A DNA stretch of 64,000 bases from a bacterium (lineage in GTDB: Bacteria; Krumholzibacteriota; Krumholzibacteriia; LZORAL124-64-63), in contig JANOEP010000072.1 in assembly GCA_031441465.1 (NCBI GenBank), positions 15,018 through 79,017 of the forward strand. The letters are read 5' to 3'. Of the stretch, positions 53,686-62,366 are shown piece after piece (position 1 is the stretch's first letter; the number at the start of each line of letters is the position of its first letter). The notes beneath the pieces were generated by a model. That model was not told the origin of the DNA, did no database searches, and worked only from the letters and a program-made list of their open reading frames with translations. Position numbers and translations under genes: made by a program.

Positions 53686-55113
53686 TCAGAACTGGGCGTA
53701 GATAAAAGATTGCGTTTGCACGCCGAGAATGAAGACAGCGTAGGCTGCAAGGGCGATCAGGATGGGCTTACTCCACCAGGGAAGCCGGGCGCTTCCCAAC
53801 AGGCGGGGGTTCTCTTCCTTGCCGGCGAGTACGTCGATCAACATCATCAGAACTGCCAAGGGGGCGACTGTCGTCAGGAATGATCGCCATTCCCCGGCTC
53901 CGTCGGTGATGCCGCCCTTCAAAGCCGAGGTGAGTTGTCCTGGTCCATCGGCACGAAAGATCAGCCAGCCGACGCACACCAGTGAGAACGTGAGCGCGAT
54001 CTCGGTGGCGTGCCGCAGCCGGCCCCGCAAGCGCAACCGGCGGCGCAGCCGCTTCAACGACGGCTGTAGGACGCGGTGCCCCACCAGCAGCAGCCCGAAA
54101 TACAGTCCCCACAGCACGAACATCCACGAGGCGCCGTGCCAGAGGCCGGCCACGAGCATCGTGATCACCAGGTTCAGGTACGCGCGGCCGCGGGAGCGGA
54201 AGGCGCCGCCCAGCGGCAGGAACACGTAGTCGCGCAGCCAGGACGACAGGGACATGTGCCAGCGCTGCCAGAACTCGCTGGGGCTGTGCGCCGCGTACGG
54301 GGTGCGGAAGTTGATCGCGAGGTCGAAGCCGAGGCAGGCGGCGAACCCGCGCGCGATGTCCGTGTAGCCGGAGAAGTCGGCGTAGATGAAGAACGCGTAG
54401 GTGACGGCCGCCAGGGCCGCAGCTCCCGTGCTCGTGAAATCGCCGGCGAAAGCCCGGTCGACGGCGACGGCCAGATGATTGGCGATGACGAGCTTCTTGA
54501 TGACTCCCGCGAACAGCAGATCGCCGCCGCGGCGCAGGGAGGCCAGCAGAGGCGGGCGGGCGGTGGGGTCCAGTTGGGCGAGGAACGGTTGCGGCCGGTC
54601 GATGGGCCCCGCGGTCAGGGATGGGAAAAACAGAAGATAGATGGCGTGGTGGAGGGGCGTGGGCGCGACCGGCAGTCGGCCGAGGTACGCTTCGGCCTGG
54701 ATGGAAATGGCCTTCAGGCAGAAGTAGGACAGGCCCAGGGGGACGGCGATCTCCAGCGTGAGCGGCGCCGTGGTCAGGCCGACGGCCTGCAGGACGGCGC
54801 GGCCGCTGTCGATGAAGAATCCGAAATACTTGAACACGAACAGCAGAATGCACTGGAACGCGATGCCGGCCCGCAGGACGGCGCGGCGCCTGGCCGCGGG
54901 CGGCGTTGCGGCCGGTTGCGTGATGCTGCGGACGACGGCGTGATTGACCATCGCCGCGGCGAGCAGCAGTGCGAGCAGCCGTACGTCCCAGATCGCATAG
55001 AAAAGGACACTGGCGGCCAGCAACACCCAGGAACGGACGCGAGACGGCGCCAGCCAGTAGGCTGCGGCGACGACCGCCATGAACAGGATGAAGCCGGCGG
55101 ACAACAAGTTCAT
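53686..55113 (-). CDS. MBOAT O-acyltransferase (AlgI/DltB-like)
   Basis: PLGLSY, FFP.L.AGPI, YADFSGY.DIA, NF..PY, EFWQRWHMSLS, GLWHGA. Confidence 0.93.
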   Translation of the reverse strand: MNLLSAGFILFMAVVAAAYWLAPSRVRSWVLLAASVLFYAIWDVRLLALLLAAAMVNHAVVRSITQPAATPPAARRRAVLRAGIAFQCILLFVFKYFGFFIDSGRAVLQAVGLTTAPLTLEIAVPLGLSYFCLKAISIQAEAYLGRLPVAPTPLHHAIYLLFFPSLTAGPIDRPQPFLAQLDPTARPPLLASLRRGGDLLFAGVIKKLVIANHLAVAVDRAFAGDFTSTGAAALAAVTYAFFIYADFSGYTDIARGFAACLGFDLAINFRTPYAAHSPSEFWQRWHMSLSSWLRDYVFLPLGGAFRSRGRAYLNLVITMLVAGLWHGASWMFVLWGLYFGLLLVGHRVLQPSLKRLRRRLRLRGRLRHATEIALTFSLVCVGWLIFRADGPGQLTSALKGGITDGAGEWRSFLTTVAPLAVLMMLIDVLAGKEENPRLLGSARLPWWSKPILIALAAYAVFILGVQTQSFIYAQF

Positions 55114-55754
55114 CGGTTCACCACGATCCGCGACCAGTCCTCGAAATCACCGCCGTCGGGCGCCGCGGCCGGTGCGACCATGCCGCGCAGCCCGGCCTCG
55201 GGCAGCCACAGGGCGCGTTCCGGTTCGGCCTGCCCGCTGACGGTCGCCAACAACTCCTCATCGGAGCCCGCGATCCCGTCCAGGTCGATGCGGAAGACCA
55301 CCCCGAAGTGCACGCTCGACACGTCCTGCGCGTCTGAGTTGATGAACCCGATCGGCGACAGGGCCGTGGCCTCCACGATCAAGCCGGTCTCCTCGACCAG
55401 TTCCCGCAGCGCGCTCACGGCCAGCAGCCCGTGCGCGGCGACGGCCGGGTCGTCGCGGTCCAGGGGCTCGACGTGCCCGCCGAAGCCCACCGACCACAGG
55501 CCGCCGAGGCGGCGCTCGGTGTGCTTGCTGCGGCGCTGGTAGCAGAGGACGCGGGCGCGCGGCCCCTCACCGCGGTGCAACACCAGGTAGGGGATGATCT
55601 GCTTGTAGTGGGAGTTGCGCTCCATGTACTCGCGCTCGGCGAAGAACAGGTGCGGCAGCAGGGCGTCGAGGTCGACGCTGCCCGGCGGCAGGAACCCCTG
55701 CGGGCTCAGGCCTGGGAACAGGTGCTTGCGTTCGACGACCAGGATGCTGCGCAC
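55110..55754 (-). CDS. Predicted NUDIX-family phosphoesterase
   Basis: EYMERN..YKQIIPY, ERRLGG.WSVGFGGH, RELVEE, GFINSD...VSSVHFG. Confidence 0.8.
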   Translation of the reverse strand: MRSILVVERKHLFPGLSPQGFLPPGSVDLDALLPHLFFAEREYMERNSHYKQIIPYLVLHRGEGPRARVLCYQRRSKHTERRLGGLWSVGFGGHVEPLDRDDPAVAAHGLLAVSALRELVEETGLIVEATALSPIGFINSDAQDVSSVHFGVVFRIDLDGIAGSDEELLATVSGQAEPERALWLPEAGLRGMVAPAAAPDGGDFEDWSRIVVNR

Positions 55755-55791
55755 GCGACGGCCTTTCGCCGGAGTGAAGTGGACGGGCCGG

Positions 55792-56604
55792 TCAGCCGCG
55801 CAGCCGCGCGGTCGCCTGGCGGAAGCGGTCCTGGTAGCGGTTGCGCGGCGAGTTGCCGAGATCGTACAGCGTGATCTCGGTGCGGGCGCGCGCGATCCGC
55901 TCTTCGGTCGCCGGGTGGGTGCTGAACCAGCCGGCGGCGCCGCTCGCGCCTTCCCCGTTCATGTCGACCAGCGTCTGGAAGAAGCGCAGGATGCCCTCGG
56001 GATCGTAGCCCGCGGCGACCAGGTACTTGACGCCGAACTGGTCGGCTTGGAATTCGTGGTCGCGGCTGTTCTTCATCGTGAACAGGCCGGCTCCCAGGCC
56101 GGCCACCTGCTGCCAGGCGGCGCCCTGGGTGTCGCCCAGCAGCAGCTCGGCGGCCATCTGCATGCCCATCGTCTGCTGGATCTGGCGCACGGAATGGCGG
56201 CCGATGACGTGGCCCAGCTCGTGGGCCATCACGCCGGCCAGCTCGGACTCGTCGTGCGCGGCCTTCAGCAGTCCGGTGGTCACGTAGATGTAGCCCCCGG
56301 GGGCGGCGAAGGCGTTGACGATGTCGCTTTCCAGCAGCGTGAAGGTGTAGGCGACGTCTTTGCGCTCGCTGTGCGCGGCCACGCGCGCGCCCACCTCGGC
56401 GACGTAGGCGTTCAGGGCGGCGTCCCGGTGGGGCGGGTACTCCAGGCGGATCCCGCGGTCGGTCTCCACGCCCATCTGGATTTCGGTGGGGGTGTCGATC
56501 AGGATCAGGCTCTGCTCGCCGTGCGGGCCGGTGGTGGCGCAGCCCGCCAGCAGGGCCAGGGTCAGCGCCAGCGCGGCCGCCGTGTCACGAAGCGGGTGTC
56601 TCAT
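55792..56604 (-). CDS. M48 family metalloprotease lipoprotein (BepA/LoiP-like)
   Basis: Lipobox LAG-C; NAFAAPGG, AHELGH, E.QAD, STHP...RI; in-frame ATGs also at 56619 and 56634. Confidence 0.92.
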   Translation of the reverse strand: MRHPLRDTAAALALTLALLAGCATTGPHGEQSLILIDTPTEIQMGVETDRGIRLEYPPHRDAALNAYVAEVGARVAAHSERKDVAYTFTLLESDIVNAFAAPGGYIYVTTGLLKAAHDESELAGVMAHELGHVIGRHSVRQIQQTMGMQMAAELLLGDTQGAAWQQVAGLGAGLFTMKNSRDHEFQADQFGVKYLVAAGYDPEGILRFFQTLVDMNGEGASGAAGWFSTHPATEERIARARTEITLYDLGNSPRNRYQDRFRQATARLRG

Positions 56605-56640
56605 GGTCTGTCTCCTCATGGTCGGTCTCCTCATGGTAGG
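56596..56640 (-). repeat. 15-bp tandem repeat carrying ATG plus Shine-Dalgarno
   Basis: ACCATGAGGAGAC(C/A)G units; ATGs at 56634, 56619 and 56604. Confidence 0.75.
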
Positions 56641-57872
56641 AACGCCCTCACGTCGCCCAGCTTGCGGGGCAGGTATTCGTCGATGACGTAGTTGAGGCCG
56701 TGCTTGGCCAGGGCCTGCTGCTCCGCGCGTACTCCCATCTTAACCATTTGATGCAGCGCCAGCTGCCACGGCTTGTGGTGCAGGATGAACGGGTCGTTCT
56801 TCAGGGCGTCCTTGGCCCGCTTGATGTCCACGTCCTTCAGGGGATGGGTAGGCAGGTCGTAGTCGATGATGTCCTGCGGGGTGATGCCCAGGAACCGGGC
56901 CTGCGGCACGCAGAAGAACTCGTTCAGGTGGGCGGCGTTGCCGCTGCCGACCTTGAGCGTGCGGTAGATGTTGGAGAATCCGTAGGGGTCGCCGTCGACG
57001 AAGACGTAGACCGGGATGTTCTTCTCGTCGGCCAGCCGGCGCACGAAGCGGCGGCAGGCGCGCGTGGGCACGCCCCCGAGCGAGACCAGCACGCAGTTGG
57101 CCTGCTTCCAGTAGTTGTGCTTCACCAGGCGCTGGAACATGCCAGCTGTCTCGATGCAGAGGATGAAGTCGGCGTCGGTCTCGAAGCCGAGCGTCTCGAC
57201 CGAGATGGGGATCGAGTAGGCCCCGCTGCCGAACCGGGTGCAGTCGATGCGCAGCGTCTCGCCGGTGTCGCGGTCCTGGTCGATGACCACCAGCCGGCCG
57301 GCCACGTCGCCGCCCTTCTCCTCGGGCACGAAGCCGAGCTGCTCGCGGTTGACCCCGAAGAACGCCTCGACGTCCTCCATGACCGCGTCGGACTCGGGCT
57401 GCTCCTTGAAGCGCGCCTCCGCCCAGTTCTTGCTGACGTAGTAGGCTTCTCGCTTGGTGGCGATGTCGTCGGTGCGGACCAGCTCCTGCGACAGGGACAT
57501 CATCTTGAGCGTCTGGGCGAAGGTCTTGACCGTGCTGACGGTCAGGGTGCGCTCCTTCTCGCGGCCCTTCAGCTCGAAGTAGCCCACGCCGGGCCGGTAG
57601 GTCACGTTCTGCAGCGAGCGCACCGGGAAGCGCAGCGTCGGCTTGATGCCCTTCAGGATGCTCGTGCGGACGTCGCCCGCCTCCTTGGCGATGCGGCGCA
57701 GCAGGGGCTCGACGCCGGTCGGCGGGTCGGCCCGGCGCGCGGCGCGCCCCGGCGCGGCCTTCTTCGCGGCGGCTTTCGGCGCCGTCTTCGGCGCCGGTTT
57801 CGACGGCAGGGGCGGCCGGGCGGAGCCGAAGGCCAGCTCGGGCTGCTCGCGGTCGGGTTTCTTCTCGGGCAC
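56631..57872 (-). CDS. top6A: DNA topoisomerase VI subunit A (Spo11 family)
   Basis: TKREAYY catalytic Tyr, F.EQ.ESD..MEDVE, TOPRIM CIETAG.F, GGVP...CRRF, DGDPYG, EQQA; GTG after an RBS. Confidence 0.93.
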   Translation of the reverse strand: MPEKKPDREQPELAFGSARPPLPSKPAPKTAPKAAAKKAAPGRAARRADPPTGVEPLLRRIAKEAGDVRTSILKGIKPTLRFPVRSLQNVTYRPGVGYFELKGREKERTLTVSTVKTFAQTLKMMSLSQELVRTDDIATKREAYYVSKNWAEARFKEQPESDAVMEDVEAFFGVNREQLGFVPEEKGGDVAGRLVVIDQDRDTGETLRIDCTRFGSGAYSIPISVETLGFETDADFILCIETAGMFQRLVKHNYWKQANCVLVSLGGVPTRACRRFVRRLADEKNIPVYVFVDGDPYGFSNIYRTLKVGSGNAAHLNEFFCVPQARFLGITPQDIIDYDLPTHPLKDVDIKRAKDALKNDPFILHHKPWQLALHQMVKMGVRAEQQALAKHGLNYVIDEYLPRKLGDVRAFLP

Positions 57873-57901
57873 GACGTTCTCCCAGTCTCCCGCCGGGCGG
57901 G

Positions 57902-59395
57902 TCAGACGGCGTACAGCGCGCCGAACTTGGCGCGCAGGTAGTCGAGGTACGGGCCGGCGCCGGGTTCGCGGCCCGTCGCCGCGCGCACCAGTTCCCGCGG
58001 CGCGAGTTCGCGGCCGCGGCGGTGGATGTGCTCCCGCAGCCAGGATAGCAGCGGCAGGAAGTCGCCGCGCGCGACGTCGTCGTCCAGGCCGGGCATGGCC
58101 CGCCGCGCCGCGAGGTGCAGTTCGGCCGCGTAGAGGTTGCCCAGGGCGTAGGTCGGGAAGTAACCGAACAGGCCGAAGGACCAGTGGATGTCCTGCAGGA
58201 CGCCCTCGGCGTCGTCGGCCGGGACCACGCCCAGGTCCGCGCGCATCCGCTCGTTCCACAGCGAGGGCAGGTCGGCGACGTCGATTTCCGAACGCAGCAG
58301 CGCCCGCTCCAGCTCCATGCGCAGCACGATGTGCAGGGTGTAGGTCACCTCGTCGGCCTCGATGCGGATCGCCGAGGGGCGCACCACGTTGACGGCGCGG
58401 TCGAGCTGCTCGGGCGCGACGCCGTCGAAGCGCCCCGGGAAGTGCCGGCGCAGCAGCGGCAGCAGGTAGCTCATGAAGGCGCGCGAGCGCCCGATCTGGT
58501 TCTCCCACAGTCGCGACTGGGACTCGTGGACGCCCAGGCTCACGGCCTCGCCCAGGGGCAGGCCGACCTGGTCGGCGGGCAGGCCCTGCTCGTACATGCC
58601 GTGGCCCGCTTCGTGGATCGTGGAGTAGAGGGACTTCTGAAGGTCGTCGGCGTCGTAGTGGGTCGTCAGGCGCACGTCGCCCGGCGCGATCTGCGTGGAG
58701 AAGGGGTGGGCCGAGAGGTCCAGCCGCCCGCCCTCGAGGTCGAAGCCCAGGTCCTTCAGGACGTGGCGGCCCAGGGCGTCCTGGGCCGCGACCGGCAGGT
58801 TCCCGTGCAGCAGGTCTTCGCCGCGGTCGGCGGGGTCGCGGCGCGCGGCCTCGACCAGCGGCACCAGCGCGGTGCGCACCTCGGTGAAGATCCGCGCCAG
58901 GTCGGCGGCGCGGGCGCCCGGCTCGTACTCGTCCAGCAACGCGTCGTACGGTTCGTCCTGGTAGCCCAGAGCCTCGGCCTCGCGGCGCTTCAGGCCGACG
59001 ATGCGCCCCAGCAGCGGCGCGAACAGCGGCCACTCGTTGCGGGAGCGCGCGTCGACCCAGGCCTGCTGCGCCAGCGTGGTGGTCTCGGCCAGTTCGGTGA
59101 CCAGGTCGCGCGGCACGCGCACGGCGCGCCGGTAGTCCCGCAGGGATTCGCGCACGTTGGCCGCCGCGGCGGCGTCCAGGCCCGCGCCGCCGAGTTTCTC
59201 CAGCAGCGCGCCCAGGGCGGGGTCGGTGGCGCGGTCGTGCACCAAGCCGGCCAGCGCCGCGCGCGTCGTGGATCGCGACGCGAGGCCGCGCGGCGGCATC
59301 AGCGTCTCCTGGTCCCAGGACAGCAGCGACAGGGCCGAGTTCAGGGCCTGGATCTCCGACATGCGTTCACGGTACCGGGCATAGGCTTCGTTCAT
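57902..59395 (-). CDS. M32 carboxypeptidase (carboxypeptidase Taq)
   Basis: LSWDQET..P, YDALLDEYEPG, HPF, DVRLTT, HEAGH, HESQSRLWEN, IRIEADE, LQDIHW, YFPTYALG. Confidence 0.95.
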   Translation of the reverse strand: MNEAYARYRERMSEIQALNSALSLLSWDQETLMPPRGLASRSTTRAALAGLVHDRATDPALGALLEKLGGAGLDAAAAANVRESLRDYRRAVRVPRDLVTELAETTTLAQQAWVDARSRNEWPLFAPLLGRIVGLKRREAEALGYQDEPYDALLDEYEPGARAADLARIFTEVRTALVPLVEAARRDPADRGEDLLHGNLPVAAQDALGRHVLKDLGFDLEGGRLDLSAHPFSTQIAPGDVRLTTHYDADDLQKSLYSTIHEAGHGMYEQGLPADQVGLPLGEAVSLGVHESQSRLWENQIGRSRAFMSYLLPLLRRHFPGRFDGVAPEQLDRAVNVVRPSAIRIEADEVTYTLHIVLRMELERALLRSEIDVADLPSLWNERMRADLGVVPADDAEGVLQDIHWSFGLFGYFPTYALGNLYAAELHLAARRAMPGLDDDVARGDFLPLLSWLREHIHRRGRELAPRELVRAATGREPGAGPYLDYLRAKFGALYAV

Positions 59396-59426
59396 GGTCG
59401 CTCCCGTAGTCGTGGCGTGGACGCCG

Positions 59427-61115
59427 TCAAACCTTGCGGCTGCGTTCCAGGGTGTCGGTGAGCGTGGTGATGATCTCCGCCCGCTCGCCCTCGTCCAGGT
59501 GCAGCATGTCGCGCAGCGCGTCGCCGATGTGGGGGATGTACTTCTGGATATAGCCCTGCTTCTTCAGCGCCTCGCGCTCGCGCACGCGGCGGCGGATGTG
59601 GATCTGCAGCTGCCGGCCGGCCTCCTGGAGCGCCAGCTTGATCTCCTTGACGATCTCCGGGTAGTGGGCCACCGCCTCCTTGCTCTCCGAGGTGAACGGC
59701 ACCCAGACCGACGCCATGTGCACGAAGATCACCAGCGGACCCGACGGCAGCGCGCCCCGGGACTGCTGCAGGCCGTAGCTGCGCCAGTTGTTGGTCAGCA
59801 CGGCCTTGTGGATGGCGCAGGCCGAAGCCTGGTAGAGCAGGGGCACGCGGTTGGCGAAGCGCAGCACCTGGGCCAGGTCGTCGGCGGGCAGGCCGCCGCC
59901 GTAGGCCAGGCCCACCTCCACCTGGAAGGGGTTGCCGCGGTAGACCGACGGCGGGCGGGTGACGGCCGTGGTGAACTCGGCCTCGAGGCGCTGGCGCAGC
60001 CCGGCCAGGATCAGCGGTTCGCCGATGGGCGAGAGGCAGTCGGTCGGAGGGCTGGGGATCTTCGTGGCGGCGATGGCGTCCATCAGCCGTTGGACCTCGT
60101 CCTGGTCGGTGTGGCGCGGCGATTTGGTCGGCGCCAGGCCGGCGGTCTCGAGGATCTGATCGGCGGTCTTGGGGCCGACCCGGCAGAACTCGTGGCGCAG
60201 GAAGCCCGTCAGGTTGCGCTGCTTGGTCTCCTTGAGCATCCGCAGCAGCATGCCCAGCTCCACGCCGTAGGGGTGGGGCTGGATCTCGTGGGCCTCGACG
60301 GGCAGCTCGGCGGCGGCCCGCGGGTAGATCATCTCGTCGCCGCGCGGCGAGCGGTAGATCAGCCGCACGTGCGGGTTCGCGACGGCGGTCTGCTGGAGGT
60401 AGACGTCGACCGAGTGCTGGCCGCGCTTGTAGGAGCCGGTCAGCTCGATCTCGACGCGGGTGCCGTGGGGGCGATCCCAGTCGCACTCCTCGTCCTTCTG
60501 GACGACCGGCTCGTTCTTCTTCATGTCCAGCAACAGCTCGAAGCGGTGGCCGCGGTCCTGCTGGGCGGTGCGGCTGACGATCACCACCGGCTTGCCGGTC
60601 GTGAGCTGCCCGTACATGCCGGCGGCCGAGATGCCGATGCCCTGCTGGCCGCGACTCTGGCGCAGGCTGTGGAACTTCGACCCGTACAACAACTTGCCGA
60701 AGATGCGCGGCACCTGCTGGCGCACGATGCCCGGGCCGTTGTCCTCCACGACGACCCGGTAGCGCTCCTCCTTGACCGGGGCGACGGCGCCCTTGCGGCG
60801 CGACGGCTTCTCCGGTTCGGCTTCCAGTTCCAGAACCGTCTCGAACTCGGCGCCGTTGCGTTTGCCGTTGCCCACCGGCTGGATCTCGACCAGCACTTCG
60901 GGCAGGATGCCGGCCTCCTCGCAGGCGTCCAGGGAGTTGTCGACGGCCTCCTTGATGGTCGTCATCAGCGCCTTGGCGGGCGAATCGAACCCCAGCAGGT
61001 GGCGGTTCTTGGTGAAGAACTCGCTGATGGAGATCTCGCGCTGCTTCTCGGCCATGCTCTGGGCGGTGGCGGCGACCCGGGGTGGTCGCCGGGAGGGTTT
61101 CGCGGCAGCGGGCAT
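59427..61115 (-). CDS. top6B: DNA topoisomerase VI subunit B
   Basis: ISEFF.KN...[35 protein letters not shown] (GHKL), H2TH segment, [25 protein letters not shown]. Confidence 0.95.
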   Translation of the reverse strand: MPAAAKPSRRPPRVAATAQSMAEKQREISISEFFTKNRHLLGFDSPAKALMTTIKEAVDNSLDACEEAGILPEVLVEIQPVGNGKRNGAEFETVLELEAEPEKPSRRKGAVAPVKEERYRVVVEDNGPGIVRQQVPRIFGKLLYGSKFHSLRQSRGQQGIGISAAGMYGQLTTGKPVVIVSRTAQQDRGHRFELLLDMKKNEPVVQKDEECDWDRPHGTRVEIELTGSYKRGQHSVDVYLQQTAVANPHVRLIYRSPRGDEMIYPRAAAELPVEAHEIQPHPYGVELGMLLRMLKETKQRNLTGFLRHEFCRVGPKTADQILETAGLAPTKSPRHTDQDEVQRLMDAIAATKIPSPPTDCLSPIGEPLILAGLRQRLEAEFTTAVTRPPSVYRGNPFQVEVGLAYGGGLPADDLAQVLRFANRVPLLYQASACAIHKAVLTNNWRSYGLQQSRGALPSGPLVIFVHMASVWVPFTSESKEAVAHYPEIVKEIKLALQEAGRQLQIHIRRRVREREALKKQGYIQKYIPHIGDALRDMLHLDEGERAEIITTLTDTLERSRKV

Positions 61116-61230
61116 GGGGATCCTTCCTGGTCTCCCAAGGGGGCGGTCCGTCGGATCCGCTAAGACTATAGGCAGCCGTCCGGGAGATCAAGAATGCAAA
61201 CGGGCGACGAGCGCCGGCGGGGCGCAACGC

Positions 61231-62205
61231 CTAACGGTAGAAGGACTTGATGGTGCCCCAGGCCGTCGTCTCGTTGGGGACGATCCCGTCCGTGCAGACC
61301 GACTGCAGGAAATAGAACCCGTCGAATTCGCCCGACGGGGGCTGGGCGGCGTCCACGGCCAGGTAGTAGGTGTGGCGAGCGCCGGTGAGGTTGCGGTAGA
61401 CGAGGACTTCCGACGTTCCGGAGACGCCGTCGTCGGCGAAGGCGACGCAGTCGGCCGTCGCTTCGCAGCCGTCGAAGAGCCACAGCGCGGCGTCGAAGGA
61501 CTGCTCCTGCAGCGTGAGCGTCGCCCGGGCGCTGTCGGCCAGGCTCACCGCGTACCAACGTTCGCCGCCCGCCTCGAGGTACTCCGCGCAGGTATTCGTG
61601 AAGAGCTGGTTGGGCAGGCCGTAGAGGCTGCCCTCTGCGGTGGCGGCCTCCGTCCGGCAGAGCAGGGGCGTGGCGGTCGCGCAGACCTCCGGCGGCACCC
61701 CCGAGGCGAAGGCCCGCACCGTCAGGCTCCAGGGGCCGGCGGCGCCCAGGTAACCATCGATCACCACGACCCAGGGGTCGAGCCGGCCTTCGACCTCGAC
61801 CTCGAACTCGCGGGTGTGGTGGGCCACGCACAGGTCGCTGTCGCAGCCCGAGAGCAGGAAGAGGTCCAGGTCGACGGTGGATTCCAGGATCAGGTGCAGC
61901 GTGACCGGGGAAGGGACGTCCAACAGCAGCACCGACTCGGGGCCGCTCTCGTTCCAGCCGACGCAGCCGTAGCCGTCGACGACCGAGGCGCCGGCTGTGG
62001 TGTCGCCGGTGATCACGGTGTCCAGGCCCGGGGCGACGGTCAGGACGGGGGCGCTGGCGCAGCCGGGGTCGCCGGCGCGCAGGGTGGAGGAGGGGGGGAG
62101 GTCGGGGCGGTCGGTGGTCTTGGGGACGCGGAAGGAGGGGGGGGCGGCCGCAGCGGCCGTCACCAGGCACAAGGCCAAGGCGGCGCAGAACTTGCTTGCT
62201 CTCAT
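61231..62205 (-). CDS. Secreted protein with two Cys-rich PPC-like repeats and C-terminal AWGTIKSFYR tail
   Basis: Signal peptide; duplicated unit C.....C...E......DL(D/A)L(F/W)L..GC....C; shared tail. Confidence 0.8.
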   Translation of the reverse strand: MRASKFCAALALCLVTAAAAAPPSFRVPKTTDRPDLPPSSTLRAGDPGCASAPVLTVAPGLDTVITGDTTAGASVVDGYGCVGWNESGPESVLLLDVPSPVTLHLILESTVDLDLFLLSGCDSDLCVAHHTREFEVEVEGRLDPWVVVIDGYLGAAGPWSLTVRAFASGVPPEVCATATPLLCRTEAATAEGSLYGLPNQLFTNTCAEYLEAGGERWYAVSLADSARATLTLQEQSFDAALWLFDGCEATADCVAFADDGVSGTSEVLVYRNLTGARHTYYLAVDAAQPPSGEFDGFYFLQSVCTDGIVPNETTAWGTIKSFYR

Positions 62206-62366
62206 CGTGGCAGTCGACACGGGTCGCCTCCGGTTCGGGTGACCGTTGGAACCCCTTGAAATTGGCGGGGTTCCGTGAAATCACATTTAGCGCTTGTCCG
62301 GTTGATCGGGTACACTACTTTCCCGTTTCCGGCCGCCGCCCACACCAGACACGGATACCGTACCAC

